Part shown: positions 26,886-40,600 of the stretch, piece after piece | Layout: each line of letters opens with the position of its first letter | Position numbering within the stretch: the stretch's first letter is position 1 | From: Lepidodermella squamata | Lineage: Eukaryota; Animalia; Gastrotricha | Assembly: GCA_047495785.1 (NCBI GenBank) | Contig: JBLDXI010000042.1 | Coordinates: 1,612,001-1,676,000, forward strand | Direction: 5' to 3' | DNA length: 64,000 nucleotides | Notes under the pieces: model-generated | What the model saw: the letters and a program-made list of their open reading frames with translations, nothing else | Told to the model about the DNA's origin: nothing | Databases searched by the model: none | Position numbers and translations under genes: made by a program

Positions 26886-26961
26886 ACCCTAACCCTATCC
26901 TTATTCCTGAATCCTAACCAAACCTTAAACCTAACCCTAACCCCTAACCCCAATTCCTAAT
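26886..26961. repeat. Degenerate interstitial (CCCTAA)n telomere-like tract
   Basis: CCCTAACCCTATCC...AAACCTAACCCTAACCCCTAACCCC. Confidence 0.7.
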
Positions 26962-27902
26962 CACAGTATGGCTAAAAATCACGATTTCATGAGAAAAAAA
27001 TATGTATAAAGGTTATTTTTCCATTAAAAATGAAATTCGTAATTTTTAATCGACCAAATCATCAAAAAACTATGATTATGCAGTCATTTTTCGAAATTAA
27101 CAGAAGTTCCTATAGAGCCATGTTATTTGGGAAATTTTTGAGTTGGATTTTATTAGGCTCGCACCTTAGGGTGGCAAATCAAATCCTTTTCTTTAAAACA
27201 CATCGCCACATCCAGAACTTTGCAATTCACATTTGAAATGAAAAAACTCTGCATCAATTCTTCCAAAATATAATCGCCTAAAAAATCATTTAAATCCGAA
27301 CCCACTTTTTGTATGAGGTACGCTTTTTAATCTCAGATGTAGGGCTCTATACTGAGCTCTATATCTAAATCCTATTAAATAACCCTAATTTATTCCTATA
27401 TGTTCTGAAGCGATAGAACCGGGGCGATAAAATAATTTGTTCGAAAACAACGATTAGACAATAAAAAACTATTATTACTATACTTTATACGACTACTTGT
27501 ATTATAGCCTTGAGCAAAATCTGGAAAACTGGTGAAAAGTTTCTGATGAGTTTCTTGGCAGAAACGAAACGCAATCTCAGCGCAGCCCGAAAACCGACTC
27601 ATTTCGAAAGATTAAATATTGAAAATCCAATCGCTAAAATTAAGAAAAAATCTGTCAATAATTTAGTGCTTTTTATCGACCAAAATTTTTTTCAAAATTA
27701 ATCCTCCTTAATAAGCTGTTCTGAGATTGCGTCAAACTTGCCATCACCAAGTTTTGCAGCTAAAATGACTATATTTTTGTTAGCCAATGCGCAAATGCCG
27801 TTTTCCTAAAAATGACCATAAATAAGTGGCGTTGAGCAAGCATAGTTTACTAAAATTGCAGTGCGCATCATTTAATGACAGAATTAAGAGAATAGCGTAG
27901 CC

Positions 27903-28188
27903 CAGAGTTGTCCACGGGTCGAAAAATTGAGGCCCGACCGAGCCCGTCACGAAATTAGTATTCCTTCTTCCTTTTCGATGCTCAAAAACTTCAAAGAGAC
28001 GTCATTTTTACTCGAAGTTGGCATTATATTGATGTTTTGCTACGGGAATAACTTAAAATCTTACTGTCAAATTTACTGAAAGCAATTGCAAAGAAATCCT
28101 AGAAGACGGGTTTTGAAAACCAGAGGATTGGAAAACCCGTACCCGCCCAAACCCGGCCCGGGTTAAACCCGGCCCGTGGACATCTCTG
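27903..28188. mobile_element. hAT-family MITE
   Basis: TIR CAGAGTTGTCCACGGG / CCCGTGGACATCTCTG; 8-bp TSD GCGTAGCC (27895-27902, 28189-28196); subterminal ACCCG/GCCCG repeats. Confidence 0.88.
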
Positions 28189-28782
28189 GCGTAGCCAACC
28201 CTTTTAACGATGGGCAGAACGAACTAAAATCAAAAGCCAGTGTAAAAGCCACTAATGAGGATAGTCGGATCGTTTTTAGTTGGATTGGAATGCGACATGA
28301 ATATTTTAAATGCGAAATAGGAGCATATCGAAGAGTTGAAAGAATCACGTGTCCGCTAATGACCTAATTAAGGGATGCGCATTATTAGATCATTTGCAAC
28401 CACCCTGAAAACCGAATTTTTTTTGTATTCGCACTCTGAATTTTGCTGAAATTTCGATTATTGAAAATAAAGAAAAATCTACTTAAAAATCTAAGAAGTG
28501 AATAAAGTCGAAAAAGCCTATCCGTCACGAAGTCGTTTTTTCTCCCGATAATTTTGGTACTCGCGTAATATTGCTTATTATTGAAAAAAATATTCCTTGC
28601 CCTTGGAAGCGAATGAAATCTTAAACCATTAAAATCTTTGAAAATGGGCTGAATTTCGATAAATAATAATTCTTAACTCATCAAGGCTTGATTACCTCAT
28701 TATTCTCCAGATTCTTCAGCCTTTCAGCATTTACTATCTCTGCATCGCACAATTTGCTTAGAATTGATTAATTTCGTACCTA

Positions 28783-31700
28783 ATGGCTCAAAAGCGGCCT
28801 CTTGGTGCTGAATCGGGCTTGGAATCGAGCTCGGAAGAGCCAATAGCTGAGTCCCGTTTCCCTCTCGGTAGAATCCCCAAGGTGGCGAGGAGCACATCAG
28901 GGGCCCAGCTCAACTACTTTTCAGTGAAGCCAAGTAATCCACCCAGGAAGAATCCGATCGACCGTAACAAGCCAGGTTGCAGTGGAACAGCGCCGCCAGG
29001 AACTTCGGCTGAAGTTTCGCCACCTAGGGCCAACAATGCGAAGACGTCAAGGCGACCGGTCTCGCCAGTTGCTTCTTTAACAGAGCCAGACTTGCCGCGT
29101 GATATGGCTCGATCAAACGCCCTGCAGAGATCTTTCCTGGAAGAAGAAGAAACGACATCATTTGATGACAACGTAATTTTTTGAACTAATTCATTTAAGC
29201 ATAAAAAATATTTACTTCACAAATATTTCTAAATTTCATGATTTTTAATGAAACGGTTTTCCCCTTGAAATATTTCATCTATCATTAAACGCCGCAATAC
29301 AGTAAAATCTGAATTTTCATCCAAGGTGGGAGAATGCAATTCTTCATTTTTCCAAAAAAATATGCGAGTTTTGCTATTTACACTCCAGTTTTCGCAATTT
29401 ATAACGCATTTGGCCAACTTTCGTCGCAAATTTATCCGATCTGAAATTATAAAATTTCACAACGGAACTTGACGTGGATTTCAAATTAGGGATTTTTCAA
29501 TTTTTTCGGCTTCCCTAAATCCTCCAGGGAACACCACTTTGCCCTTTTCAAATGGTGAGTATCCGTGGTCTAAAATATCTCAATTATCCGAATCGAAGCT
29601 GATTTTACAAATTTTAAGAACGTAATTTCCTCCATAGTTACTACGCGTGATGGTACTTCATGAAAATAAATCTGCATTACCCAGCCAGATTTTTCAGGAT
29701 TTTCGAAGAAGAGACGAGATTAGAATTGGAATGAATTTAAGGGTCCGACAGCGGGCGTAGCCAAAATTTTGATTACAACTTATTCCCCATAGTTAATTAG
29801 AAAACGTGACGATAATTCGCAATGCGTTTGAAATCGTTATTGTTGCATCTAATAACTTATCATGGGCACAGTATTTCAAACGCCATTAGTCGCCTTTAGT
29901 CACATGACAGAAACAGTTGAATATATCTGATCCTAATAATGTAGAAATTAGGCAAAGTTTTCAGAGCGAATTTATCGATTTTTTTCATCATGAGCAACCT
30001 CGAAGACGACGATCGCTATTCAACGGGAGATTCTGAATATGACAGCGACGAGTCCATGAGATTAAGGGCGAAAGCCAAGCGAAAAGCTGAAGAGTATGCC
30101 TTTTATCGCCGTTTGTCATGGCACAACTATAAACGCGAGAATCCTACATTAAGTAGCCACTTTGTTCCTAACAAACTGGGTATGAATTAGCTGAATAGCA
30201 GCGCTCCAAGTAAGAATTTTCACCTTATGCACTTTTCTTGCAGAAAGAAGCGCTTCGTGCATTGAGTTTATAGCCGATCGAACCGGAGACTGGAATATGA
30301 CGTGGTATATGCTTACTGAGCTAGGGAATATACCTGCGAACCGACGATATTCAGTCAATTTGGGAAAACACGAATTCAACTTCGGAGGTTCTTTTCGAAG
30401 AAAGGACTTCAATTGAGCTTAAGTGCTGAACCTATCTCATTTTGCCCTCAATATTTTGATCAACAGCTAATTCACCTTATTTAATTTCATGCTTTGATGC
30501 CATTCAAGAGGTTTCAGAAATAAATTAATTCGCCTCCGTGTAATATCGTTAGCCATGGTACAGCAAGTATTATGGCACGCTTGTAAATAGTTCAATAAAA
30601 TTTCGAATAAGTCTTTTTTGCAACCATGAATTTTCCGTCTGACTTTTTTCTGTGTGATCCGTATGTCATGTTAGCAATTCGAGTCGAAAAAACACAACTA
30701 GCGTGAGTGGGGATATTTTGGAAAAAACCCATGTTTTTAGAATTTTAAAATGAATTTGAATTTGTTTTTTTTCGTCCTCCTTAAGGCATGAAATGTGATG
30801 ATAAAGATTCGAGGATTAAAAATCAGTCTTAAATTAGAAATCGATGATTTTAGGTTTGAGTAAGGTAATTTCAGATTGACCTGTAATGTTTGTGAATTTT
30901 ACGTGATTTTTGGCGATTGCAAAAACAATTAAGAAAAGTTGTACAATTAGCGGGTGATTTTTTGCTTAATAAAAACCATAAAAAATCAGCGCGCAAGTTT
31001 TTACTCGGGTATCAAGTACCCTGAAAGCCTCCAATTTAGCTTGAAATTAAAAATTTAAGCTTGTAATTTATCACGACCACGATGATACGCGATGAAGCTT
31101 CTACAGCGTGTCCACAAGTTACGCAACTATTTTTTACTTGGAATCTTTTCTACAAAATTAAACTCATTTTATTAAATTAAACCAACTGAGAGAATATTCA
31201 ATTTTTTATACGCGATTTAACCGAAAAAATCAAAAATTTACCAAAGAAAACCCGGAAACCCCCGATGGTAACTGGTTCGGAAATTTTCGGTATTTTACCC
31301 GTTTGGAAATAATATCTCCGGACTTTTTTAATCCCATTAACAACTGAAATAATTCATTGAAGTTCTCCTAATTTTTTCAAATTTTCTATACATTTTTTGG
31401 TCAAACTGTGTGACTTCATCTATCATTACAGAGTTTCTGAACCCTTAGCCGTGTACTTTCTTTGCATGCGTTACTTATGGGACACGCTGTAATTACTAAC
31501 AAATGAAATTCGATGAATGTCAAATTGTGGATAAAAGTATTATAAGGCCAGTTTTGCTTTTAATCTTGTTTTGAACACCCTATACCCCAACTCGAAATTA
31601 TTTACAGTGTAAAATTAAAAAAATAGTAATTACGAGGTTTGAGAGCACTAAGTAAGACACATTTAGACTCGCCGAGCAAAAATAATGCGATTTCCTGAGT

Positions 31701-34700
31701 AAGATGTCATTTTTAATTAAAATTTAACAAATATCAACGAATTTTGTGAATTTGAAATTTCTCCAGCAATTTTCTTATAAATCCTCCAATCTTTTCAGGC
31801 GACTTCTTTCAACATATTTGCAAGTCCAAAACAGGTAAAATTGGGTCGACCTGCTACCAAGCGGTACCAGGAACTCGAACCGTCTGCTCGCTGCATGAGG
31901 CGGAAGCGTCGCCTAGAAGATGGTTTGCAGTTCACCACAGACGATTTTGCCAACCGAGTTATGTGTTACCACGACAAAGCTCCGGTAGTAGGAGCCTCAG
32001 TAGAATTGTGGTTTCCTGGTCCCCAAGGAACCTACGACAAGGTGGCAAGGCGCTATGGCGCAGCTGCAGAGGAAGAAGACCCCGTGGAGGCAGCCAGAAA
32101 GTTCGACAAATTATAATTATAATTCCGATATTTTATGTCTATCCTTGTAGGCTCATACGTCTTTCAACCTCTCATGTCATGAGTGGAAGGGCGACAGAAA
32201 AAATAGCAAGCGCCCATAAAGTGGTACGCCGAGCAGTGTTGCGAGAAGAAAAATCAAGGCAAAGCAACATGTTCGATTTAACGACGAAAAAATCACCGCT
32301 ACTTACTGCCGAGGTAAATTATGAAAATAGGATATTCAACTCAATACATTAATTTCGATCAATAACACTACGATTTTGCGCGAATTTTTCCGGAACAAAA
32401 TAATTCCGAAGATTATTCTATACCGAAATTAATTCTATAAAATTCTTTCTATAAATTTATTTTCCCTTGAGAAAAGGTAATACGATAAATCAAGAAGGTT
32501 GGGCGATCTCTTCTCATTTTCCTGAAAAAAAACAATTTTAAATGGCTAAAATTTGTGAAGTTAAAAAAGCGGTAGGAACTCCACAGCCCATTTCAGCTAC
32601 GGCTAGATCCTCAAATTTCCACCATTGAAAATCTCACATATTTTGAATGTCATAAACGATAATTTCGGCAAAATCATAGCGACTAGTGGACTTACATTTT
32701 CAGCAAATTCTCTGATTTCAGGATGAAGAGGATAACGGCGATTGTGGTATCGAGGGTGAGTCGGTAGAAAGCGCTTTGAGAAATGAGTCGTATGAACTGC
32801 GGCGAAACGATGAGGGAAGCGAGGCTGAAGAAATTGATGTGAAGACTGAGCGTAAGAAAGGCGGCTGCTCTCGAGATGTACGACAGATGTTGTCAACATT
32901 AATCACTGTTCACGAATTAAAGCCAGAGCATCCAGTCAAAATTCGACTTGCTCTAGACGGTACGCCTGGCCGAACAGAAGGCACGCAAGAAATGGTTCGA
33001 TTCACCATCTGCCTGCTGGATAAGAAAAATCGGCCAGATCTTGCATCCGAGCATGCGATAGCGACGTTCTTCGACACAGAATGTCACGCATCAATTGCCC
33101 ATTATTTCTCGGAAGCGTTCTCGCAGGTTCGACTCTCCATTATGATTATTTAAAATAATCCTAAAATATGCGAAAAATATATTATAGAGGAAGGTCTTCA
33201 ATTCAAGGCGTGCTTTTTCCTGTGTTTTAAACATGAAAATGCGCAACTATTCATTAATTTTGCGAAAAAAAATTGAAATGGAATCAAACGTAGTATAACC
33301 AAATAATTCTGAAATTAAATAGTAAAATAATAGCTTTGTCATCAACAATCAACAAACAAAAATCAACAAATCTTCCTGGGGGAATGGTATCATTTAACGA
33401 TATTTTCAATTATACGAAATCATGAATTTTGCGAATTTTTAAAATCCACGGGAAAACTTGAAATTAAAATAAATTAATAGAACGAAAAATCGGAATAAAT
33501 AAAACTAAGTAAATAAAAAAAATGCCCATCTGCAATACGGCAATATCTGCAGCATCTCGCCGGATAAAATACCCATCGTCATCACCCATCACTATAAAAC
33601 TAAACCAATAAAACTAAACCTCCATACAATATAAGGCAAACTCTATTCTGAATTCCCTTTGTTTAACATCGTGTCCCATAAGTAAGTGATAAAAAAACAG
33701 AGAAATACGATTATGCTAGCTAAAATGAGTGCCGAATTATTTTCACGAGGCCATAATAATCTTTCGAAAAATTAAAAATGACAAGAGAATGCATACTGAG
33801 ATTTAAACCCATGGAAATTTGGTTCAGCCTGGTAAAATACAGCCGATTACAGTAGGTTACATCAGGGTTTTACGTGATTTTCCCGATAAATTTCTACTTT
33901 TTCGCTAAAGCCGTGCGTAATGAAAATGGAAAATTATCCCGGCAGGATTATTTTCAAATAATTATTAGAATTTTCTGCAAATAATTGCAAACTTAAAATT
34001 TTTTGCCAATTTATGCCCAATTTTTGCCCAAATTAAGCGTGTTAAAAGTCAACTAATACAGGTCCCAAAAAAGTATTACTAATTTTTGAAAAATTAATAA
34101 ATTCACGTGTTTCAGATAAATCATCTGCAAGACCATGGACATGATTTTGGCGGCAACCACTACGACATCGAGGCCTACTGGAGTGCCGATGTTATGGCTG
34201 TCATTAAAGTCTTTGGAGCCGGTAGTACAAATGGCGATCATTTTTGCCCTCTTTGTACGCAGCGAAGAAGCTCTAAAAATGACGAAGACGTTAGTGACCG
34301 CCTATTCCATCGACTGGCCGTCATGGATCAAATCATGCAGAATCCCGAATGCAACCGTAAAGGGCAAAAATATATGCCTCTTCTACGGATCCGCCCTGAT
34401 CACATCCTGCCCGATCCTCTGCATATGCTCGCTCGTCTCACTGAGACTTTGATTAAATTGGTTCGCAAATAATAAATTTTAGTGAATTTCTCATGTATAA
34501 TAAATATATGAAATTTAAGACGCTTCAGCGGCTACTCGAACTCGGCCTGACTACGGATGCTGATCGCATCAAGAATGGGCTTGAGAGAAGGGGTGGCGGT
34601 CGGCTGAAAATTGACTACACCGAGAAATCGGCGAGCCAGAAGAAGGCTTTCAAGGTCACAGTCAAGGTGACGGGCCACACCATCGCTACGAAGGCCTTCA

Positions 34701-35400
34701 GCGAATTCGATTTTAAATTGGCCGATATATCTGTCGATGACAGCTCAGCCAGGCGCCAACTTCTGGAGAAGCGAACTGTGGCGACTTTAAAGTCGATGAT
34801 CGCCGAAGCCCAAAGCAGTCACGCCGTACTGAGCCGAAAAAGGGCCAAAAAATCAGACTATGTGGAGGCTGCCATGGACTTGGGTCTGCGCTGCAATGAG
34901 GATGACAGCTCCGCCGATGACGCTGAAAACGCCCAAGTGGTTCTGAAATCCCTTGACAATGTCATCGCCCTTGGAAAATTACTTTTCAAAGCGGTGACTA
35001 ATCAAGTGAAGACATTGCCACCTGCCAGCGAATTTCGACGCTTTGAAGCGATGCTCTTCGATATGCGGAAGAAGCATACTATTTACTCTCATAGTAAGTA
35101 TCACCCGCTATTTCTTACGATTAAGTAATTTATTTCTTTGCAGTGATGGGTTCCCACGTGCACAGCCATCTGGCTGCTGGCCTTGACCTGGTCGCATTGG
35201 GCACTTCTATTGAGCGCGGCCATCGCGTACTCAAGCGCGTCCGCGATGCAATGTCGACGCAGCAAACCGGTGTGGTTACTGCGATCGACGTAATGAAATA
35301 CGAGAATAGGCGCCTATGCGCATTTATCTATGAAAAAAAGTTTAATATTATTGTCCACGAAAGCGCCGCATCTAGAATAATTGAACTGCAAAAACGCTGA
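28783..35400 (+). CDS. Transib/RAG1/Chapaev-type DDE transposase, 7 exons, ~808 aa, apparently intact
   Basis: Exons 28783-29172, 31799-32100, 32151-32313, 32722-33126, 34116-34460, 34529-35093, 35144-35400 splice in frame at GT-AG sites. Motifs: GRPATKRYQEL..RRKRRL, KIRLALDG, WSADVM, FCPLC, PDPLHML, YSHMMGSHV, SIERGH. Linkage of exon 1 is the least certain part. Confidence 0.75.
31104..31489. mobile_element. Tc1/mariner-type MITE in the transposase intron
   Basis: TA|CAGCGTGTCC-ACAAGTTACGCA ... TGCGTTACTTATGGGACACGCTG|TA. Confidence 0.8.
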
Positions 35401-36559
35401 TTTAATCTTCTAGTTAGTCCTGAATTCGTAGCTCTAGTCATAACTGAAAGTGTAATGTTGTAAATAAATAGATTTAAATGATTTTCGGCTGAAATTCGAT
35501 GTGATCACAGTTGTGTTATTGAACTATGTAGCAAATGTTAGATGACGCGCTCGATTAATATCATTTTTTTCATCTAATATTTTCTGCAACTCCTTCTCAT
35601 CAATTATGGCGGAAATCCAGAAACTAATGTAGTCAATCGTGTCGCATTTCAATTGACAATGCCTCCATGACTTCGTGTCTTACTAAGATGGCGTGAAATA
35701 TTGAAACTCGGTCTGATTGTAGATATACTCTTTATATAAACCTATCAATCTTGTAGCATATCAACTTTGAAGCATATCAACTTGTGAATAGTGATAATTT
35801 GATATCACTTCAAAAAATAAATTAACGCAGACCGGAATCACTCGTCTTCTGATAAACTTCGATGGTAAATTCTCATCATGATTAACCCCACTTGAGTTGA
35901 TGATACCAATTGATTAATTCGAAACGAATACAGTTATAGCAACTGGACTAGATATAGACAAACATTTCAATCAAAATCAACTCACTTAAATACTTATCGA
36001 CTCACGACATGGTGGCAACCTGTTGCTTATCTTCATCATTTATGTCCGCAGTCAATCGCTCAATTCTTCAATCCTCCGCCGTATTATTGAAAGAGGTGAC
36101 GATGTTAACTCAGCAGCAGCATTCACACAGCAAATTCGATCCGAATACCAGCAGAAGTAACGCCAAGATCATTTTCAAGTCAAAGCTTTCACTCAAACTG
36201 AGCAAGAGTTATCTGAGTAGGACATCTTCTAACTCAGAAAGTCGAAATTAAGCAAAACTGTTAACGCCGACACCTAGTTAACACAAGTAAAAGACATTTC
36301 ATTTCATCATTTCACCACCGATATGGGCAGGAACTTCAAAATGTCCTTTCAAAGTGTTATGGAAACTTTAAACAGCCAAATGCCAGCTAAAACTTGCGTG
36401 CAGTCACGCAGCTCGCAAATCTCCCGCCACGGGTGAAGGATTTAATTATAAGAAAATAATTTTTTTCCAACGAATAAATTTTTTTTATAACAAATCAAAT
36501 TATTTTCCAAGAGCTAATTTTATTTTGTTTTGATTTACCGCAGCCACTATTAGTGATTT

Positions 36560-37320
36560 GAGCGAAAATTAATATGTGAACGGCGGCGCCCGTATGTTGT
36601 TGTTGCAGATGTAGGTAGCGCGTTCATGGCGACCCAGTTCAATGACCGGACACGGTCCGTAGCTCTTATTCACGCAGCTAGTAGCTAAACCGGCGTGTAA
36701 ACACTCCAATACAGATAATCCCTTGATCCGTCGGCTGTAAAACACGGCAAACTGTCTCAGACGTCGCGCGGGGGTGCGTGTCGAGGTGCGCAGCGGGTGC
36801 GTGCGTGTGCGCGTGTTGTTTGAAGATTGGATAAAATGGGTGGATTGCGCGTGATTGGTGCAATAAATGCGTTGCGAATCAGCTGCTTAACTTGATCATC
36901 AAGTGCGGACACTGCTGTTGATTTCGCTGGGTGTCGGCGAGCAATCGAGTTAGTGAAAGCGACAACGGCTGACGGTGTTTCGACTGTTTTCAACTGGTTG
37001 CGGCACACGCTTCTGCCCGCACAATCGCAACAGTAGTAGGCTTCTGTCATGCCATTTTGCATTCTCGGTGCTGAGATTTTGCTGGTGTGATTATTTGCCT
37101 TCAGGAAATCAGTGGCCTCGACGGAATTTCCCCGGAAAACTTCAACCCAATGGTGTGGGGTTTGTTTATAGGCCAACTCGTCCGCCTCGACTATCTGCTT
37201 GATGATTACCACTAAACAATCAGCCACCTCATCAACTTGATTTTCTATAGCCTCGGCGGTAAAAGGCTCCTCGGTCGATTTTTCACCTGAAAGCTCTTCG
37301 CCTGACAGCTCAAAGGATAA
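36560..37320 (-). pseudogene. Decayed Mutator-like transposase N-terminus
   Basis: W..VF....EA.DFL......EAYYCCDC..RSVCRNQL..H..LDDQVKQLI resembles the WRKY/GCM1-like zinc domain of animal MULE transposases; stops follow from 36757 downward; reads inward from the right terminus. Confidence 0.5.
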
Positions 37321-37697
37321 TTGAAGGTTTAAAATCGTCAAAGGCATCGAAATTAGCCAAAATTTGCCGAAATACACGTTGGTCTACAATTAAATTTTTG
37401 AATGGTCTACAATTTAACAGTTTGGTCGACAAGTGTGCGTGCTGGTCTACAGCTGTCGCGTTTGGTCTGCGCGCGCACCCTTTTGGTCTACGCACCACCT
37501 TGAGTGGTCTACAATTGTGCGTAATCTGGTCTACAAATTTTTCAACCCCGTTAAAATCAGGTCAAACAATCAAAGCTATTTGTGAATTGACCTCTTCTTT
37601 TTATGCCTAGCTCTTTACTATGGCACGCGATAGGTTTTGCTTATAAAACGTGAACATTTTCTTTTATGATTATTATTTCTATAAATTTTCCCCAAAA

Positions 37698-40600
37698 ATG
37701 AGGTCGATTCTTGCTTTCGCTTTATTGATCAATTTCGCTGTAATTTCGCATGGAATAGTGAGTAGCAACTTCCAATTCAATTATTTTTAGTATAAACATT
37801 TGTAATTTTTTCCGTAGACTCCAGAGCATGAAAATGTTCTCCGGCAATTGAGTGACGCGATGCGTGCAAATCGGGGCCTTTCACCAGTAATTTCCATAGA
37901 AATATCGTCATCAGTTTGTGTTACAAATTATTGCTATAGGCCAATCGTAGCATCCCGCTAAAGCTATGCGGCATTCCAGATCTCGAAACCGCGCAAGCAA
38001 AACTGAGGCGACAACTGGCGATCGCAGATGGTGAGCCATTTGTGGCCGGATTGAGATTGGATTCGAATTTATGGACGTTCCCCATTCGATACAGATTCGA
38101 CGAGTCTACGCCATATGGTTGGTTGATATATTTATGAATTTTGTTTTAAATTCCGAGGCAGCAAAATTCATCATATCGTCATAATTTTCACGTTAATCCA
38201 GTCCTGAATAATATAATAATTTGAATAAAAATTATTTATTTGTTTATTTTAATTTTTTAATTATTTAAATTAATAATTTTTTTTTTAATATTTAAGAATA
38301 ATGTTTTCAATACAGAGGTCGGTCAAAAAGCAATCATCCGTGCAGGTATGGATCGTTGGGAAGACGTTACATGTGCCCGATTTGTTGAAAATCAAACTTT
38401 ACCTAAGACTTAAAATGGTCTGAAAATCTTTAAAGGAATAGGGTGAGTCAGTTTTGTTAAATGATAGGTATATTTTATATTATTCGAATTTTATTTTCTA
38501 AGATGCTGGTCATACATTGGTCGGCTGCGAGATGGAAAGCGACAAGACTTGTCTCTAGAGAACGGCTGCATGGGGGTATCTAGCATTTTTTGAAAAGCTC
38601 AAAGATTGAACGCGATCCTCATACAGGTATTCATTGCAGCTCACGAAATCGGCCACGCACTGGGAATGGTTGAGTTTTCGTCATACATATTGAAATCCTC
38701 AGTCTTCATGTGCGTCTCTATTAGGATCACGAACAATCGAGAACCGATCGCGACAACTACATCAGAATTATATACGAGAATGTTGTAGAGTAAGTTATTT
38801 TGATAGTAATAGAAAGCTCGAAACATAATTTGCTTTCAGAGGCGAGGAATACAATTTCGACACCGAACTGTCCGATGAAAATTTCAATGTCCCATATACG
38901 TACGATTCTGTCATGCAATACGGCTGGAACGCTTTCGGGAAAGGATGGAACTTTCGAACTATTGTGCCGTACGATAAACGATTCATGTACACCATGATGC
39001 AGCAGAATTACATCGCTTTTGGCGACGCGAAACGAATCAATATACGTTATCAATGCGGTAAGCCAAAATCTTGTTAGACGCTAGATGCGATGATATTTTG
39101 GGATTAGGGAAAACATATCGTAATCGTCGAAAGGCCACCTTTTACTTGTAGGATTTAATATGATCTTGTCTGCAAGTCAAGAATCTCAAAAATCAATCAT
39201 TTCAATTCGATTCAATTGTTCAAAATATCCCTGTTAAATCAATCAACTCAAATCAAATGTTCGCAAATTTGGGTACCAGGCTATAATTTCCGGCTTTCTG
39301 CCATTTTGAGGTTGAGTTTTGTCGGAATTTTTTTTCTGTTTTCAGTGGAAACGTCATGCGATGGCAAGCCGCTGCCACAGCCTTGTCAGAATGCAGGCTA
39401 TCAGAACCCGAACAACTGCTCCAAGTGCCTATGCCCGGAGGGTCTAGGTGGCGATTTCTGCGAGACCTATGCTCCGTACAAAGGTCCAGTTCCATGCGGA
39501 GGTTACGTCGATGTAAAAGCTTGCAGCTACACTTCGATCACCTCACCTGGTTACCCGAATGCCTTCGACGAGAATACGGCTTGCAATTGGTGGATTCGAG
39601 CGGTAAATTCTAACCATTTTTTTCAAATCAGAACTTGAAAGATTGGCGTTACAGCCGGCTGCTTCTGGACTAGTTTTCGCCTTCGGAAAAACTCCCGATC
39701 TTCCTAGCGAATATCTATGTAACACCCTGAAACTAGTTACCTGAAGTATTGATCTTTTCCGATTATATTCAGATTACACGAGTTGCGGAGATTATGTTTC
39801 AATTAAAGATTTCAGCAGTATTGAAAAATCAGCAATGAGGTTCAAAATATTATTGCCTGAAAATATTGATTGATTCATGTATTTTCTCAGGTTTTGCACT
39901 GACAGCATTTCAAATGGCCGAGTGTACTCAACTGATGACAATCAAGCAATAGTCACATTCGGAACACAGGGCATCCCTAGCCCTAGCACCGGGTTCAATT
40001 TGACTGTCTACGCCACGTGCCCGGGCACGAAAGCAACCTTGCTTAGCAAGGAGTGTCGAATTACCGATACTGGTCGCGACTACGAAGGCCTGAACGTTAC
40101 TACGTCGTCCAGGGGTAGAGCATGCTTGAAATGGTCCGACAGGGCAACTGTGTACGATTTGGGACTGCCAATGGGTGATGTTGCCGCGTCGGCAAATGCC
40201 TGCCGTGCCTACTTCACCAATGATGATGACCCTGTATGCTTCGTCAGCAAAAACGTTTATGGCACTTGTCCTCTAGTTGATAAGTGCCCAACGAGTAAGT
40301 AATTAAAAAGGGCCGATACATAATTAAGGCGGACTTTTTTTTATTTGAACATTAGCTTTTTGTCCTATTCCGTGTCAAAACGGGGGAACCTGTGTTGGCG
40401 TGGAAATTTGCAGCTGCCAAGCTGGTTGGACCGGTTCAACCTGCTCAACTCGTAAGTTTCCATAAAGTTCCAATTATTTAACTAACACTTTTCTTATTGC
40501 AACAGGAATCCCACCAAAATATGAAAGATGCTTTCTGAAGAGTACTGGCGATTTATCTATATGCCGATTGGCACCTCCGCTGTCACTTGGCTGTCATGAA

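Larger units (their letters stand above)
15025..37549. mobile_element. Giant Mutator/Foldback-like (MULE) element, ~22.5 kb, with nested or captured content
   Basis: Direct repeat GTTAAAATC at 15016-15024 and 37550-37558; G-rich termini; arrays of GTAGACCA/GTCGACCA (15041-15155) and inverted TGGTCTAC (37380-37534); MULE-like transposase remnant at the right end. Confidence 0.75.

Noticed and set aside
29990-30190. Small acidic/basic ORF in the first transposase intron (possible RAG2-like partner)
   Set aside because: No kelch or PHD features; too short to assign
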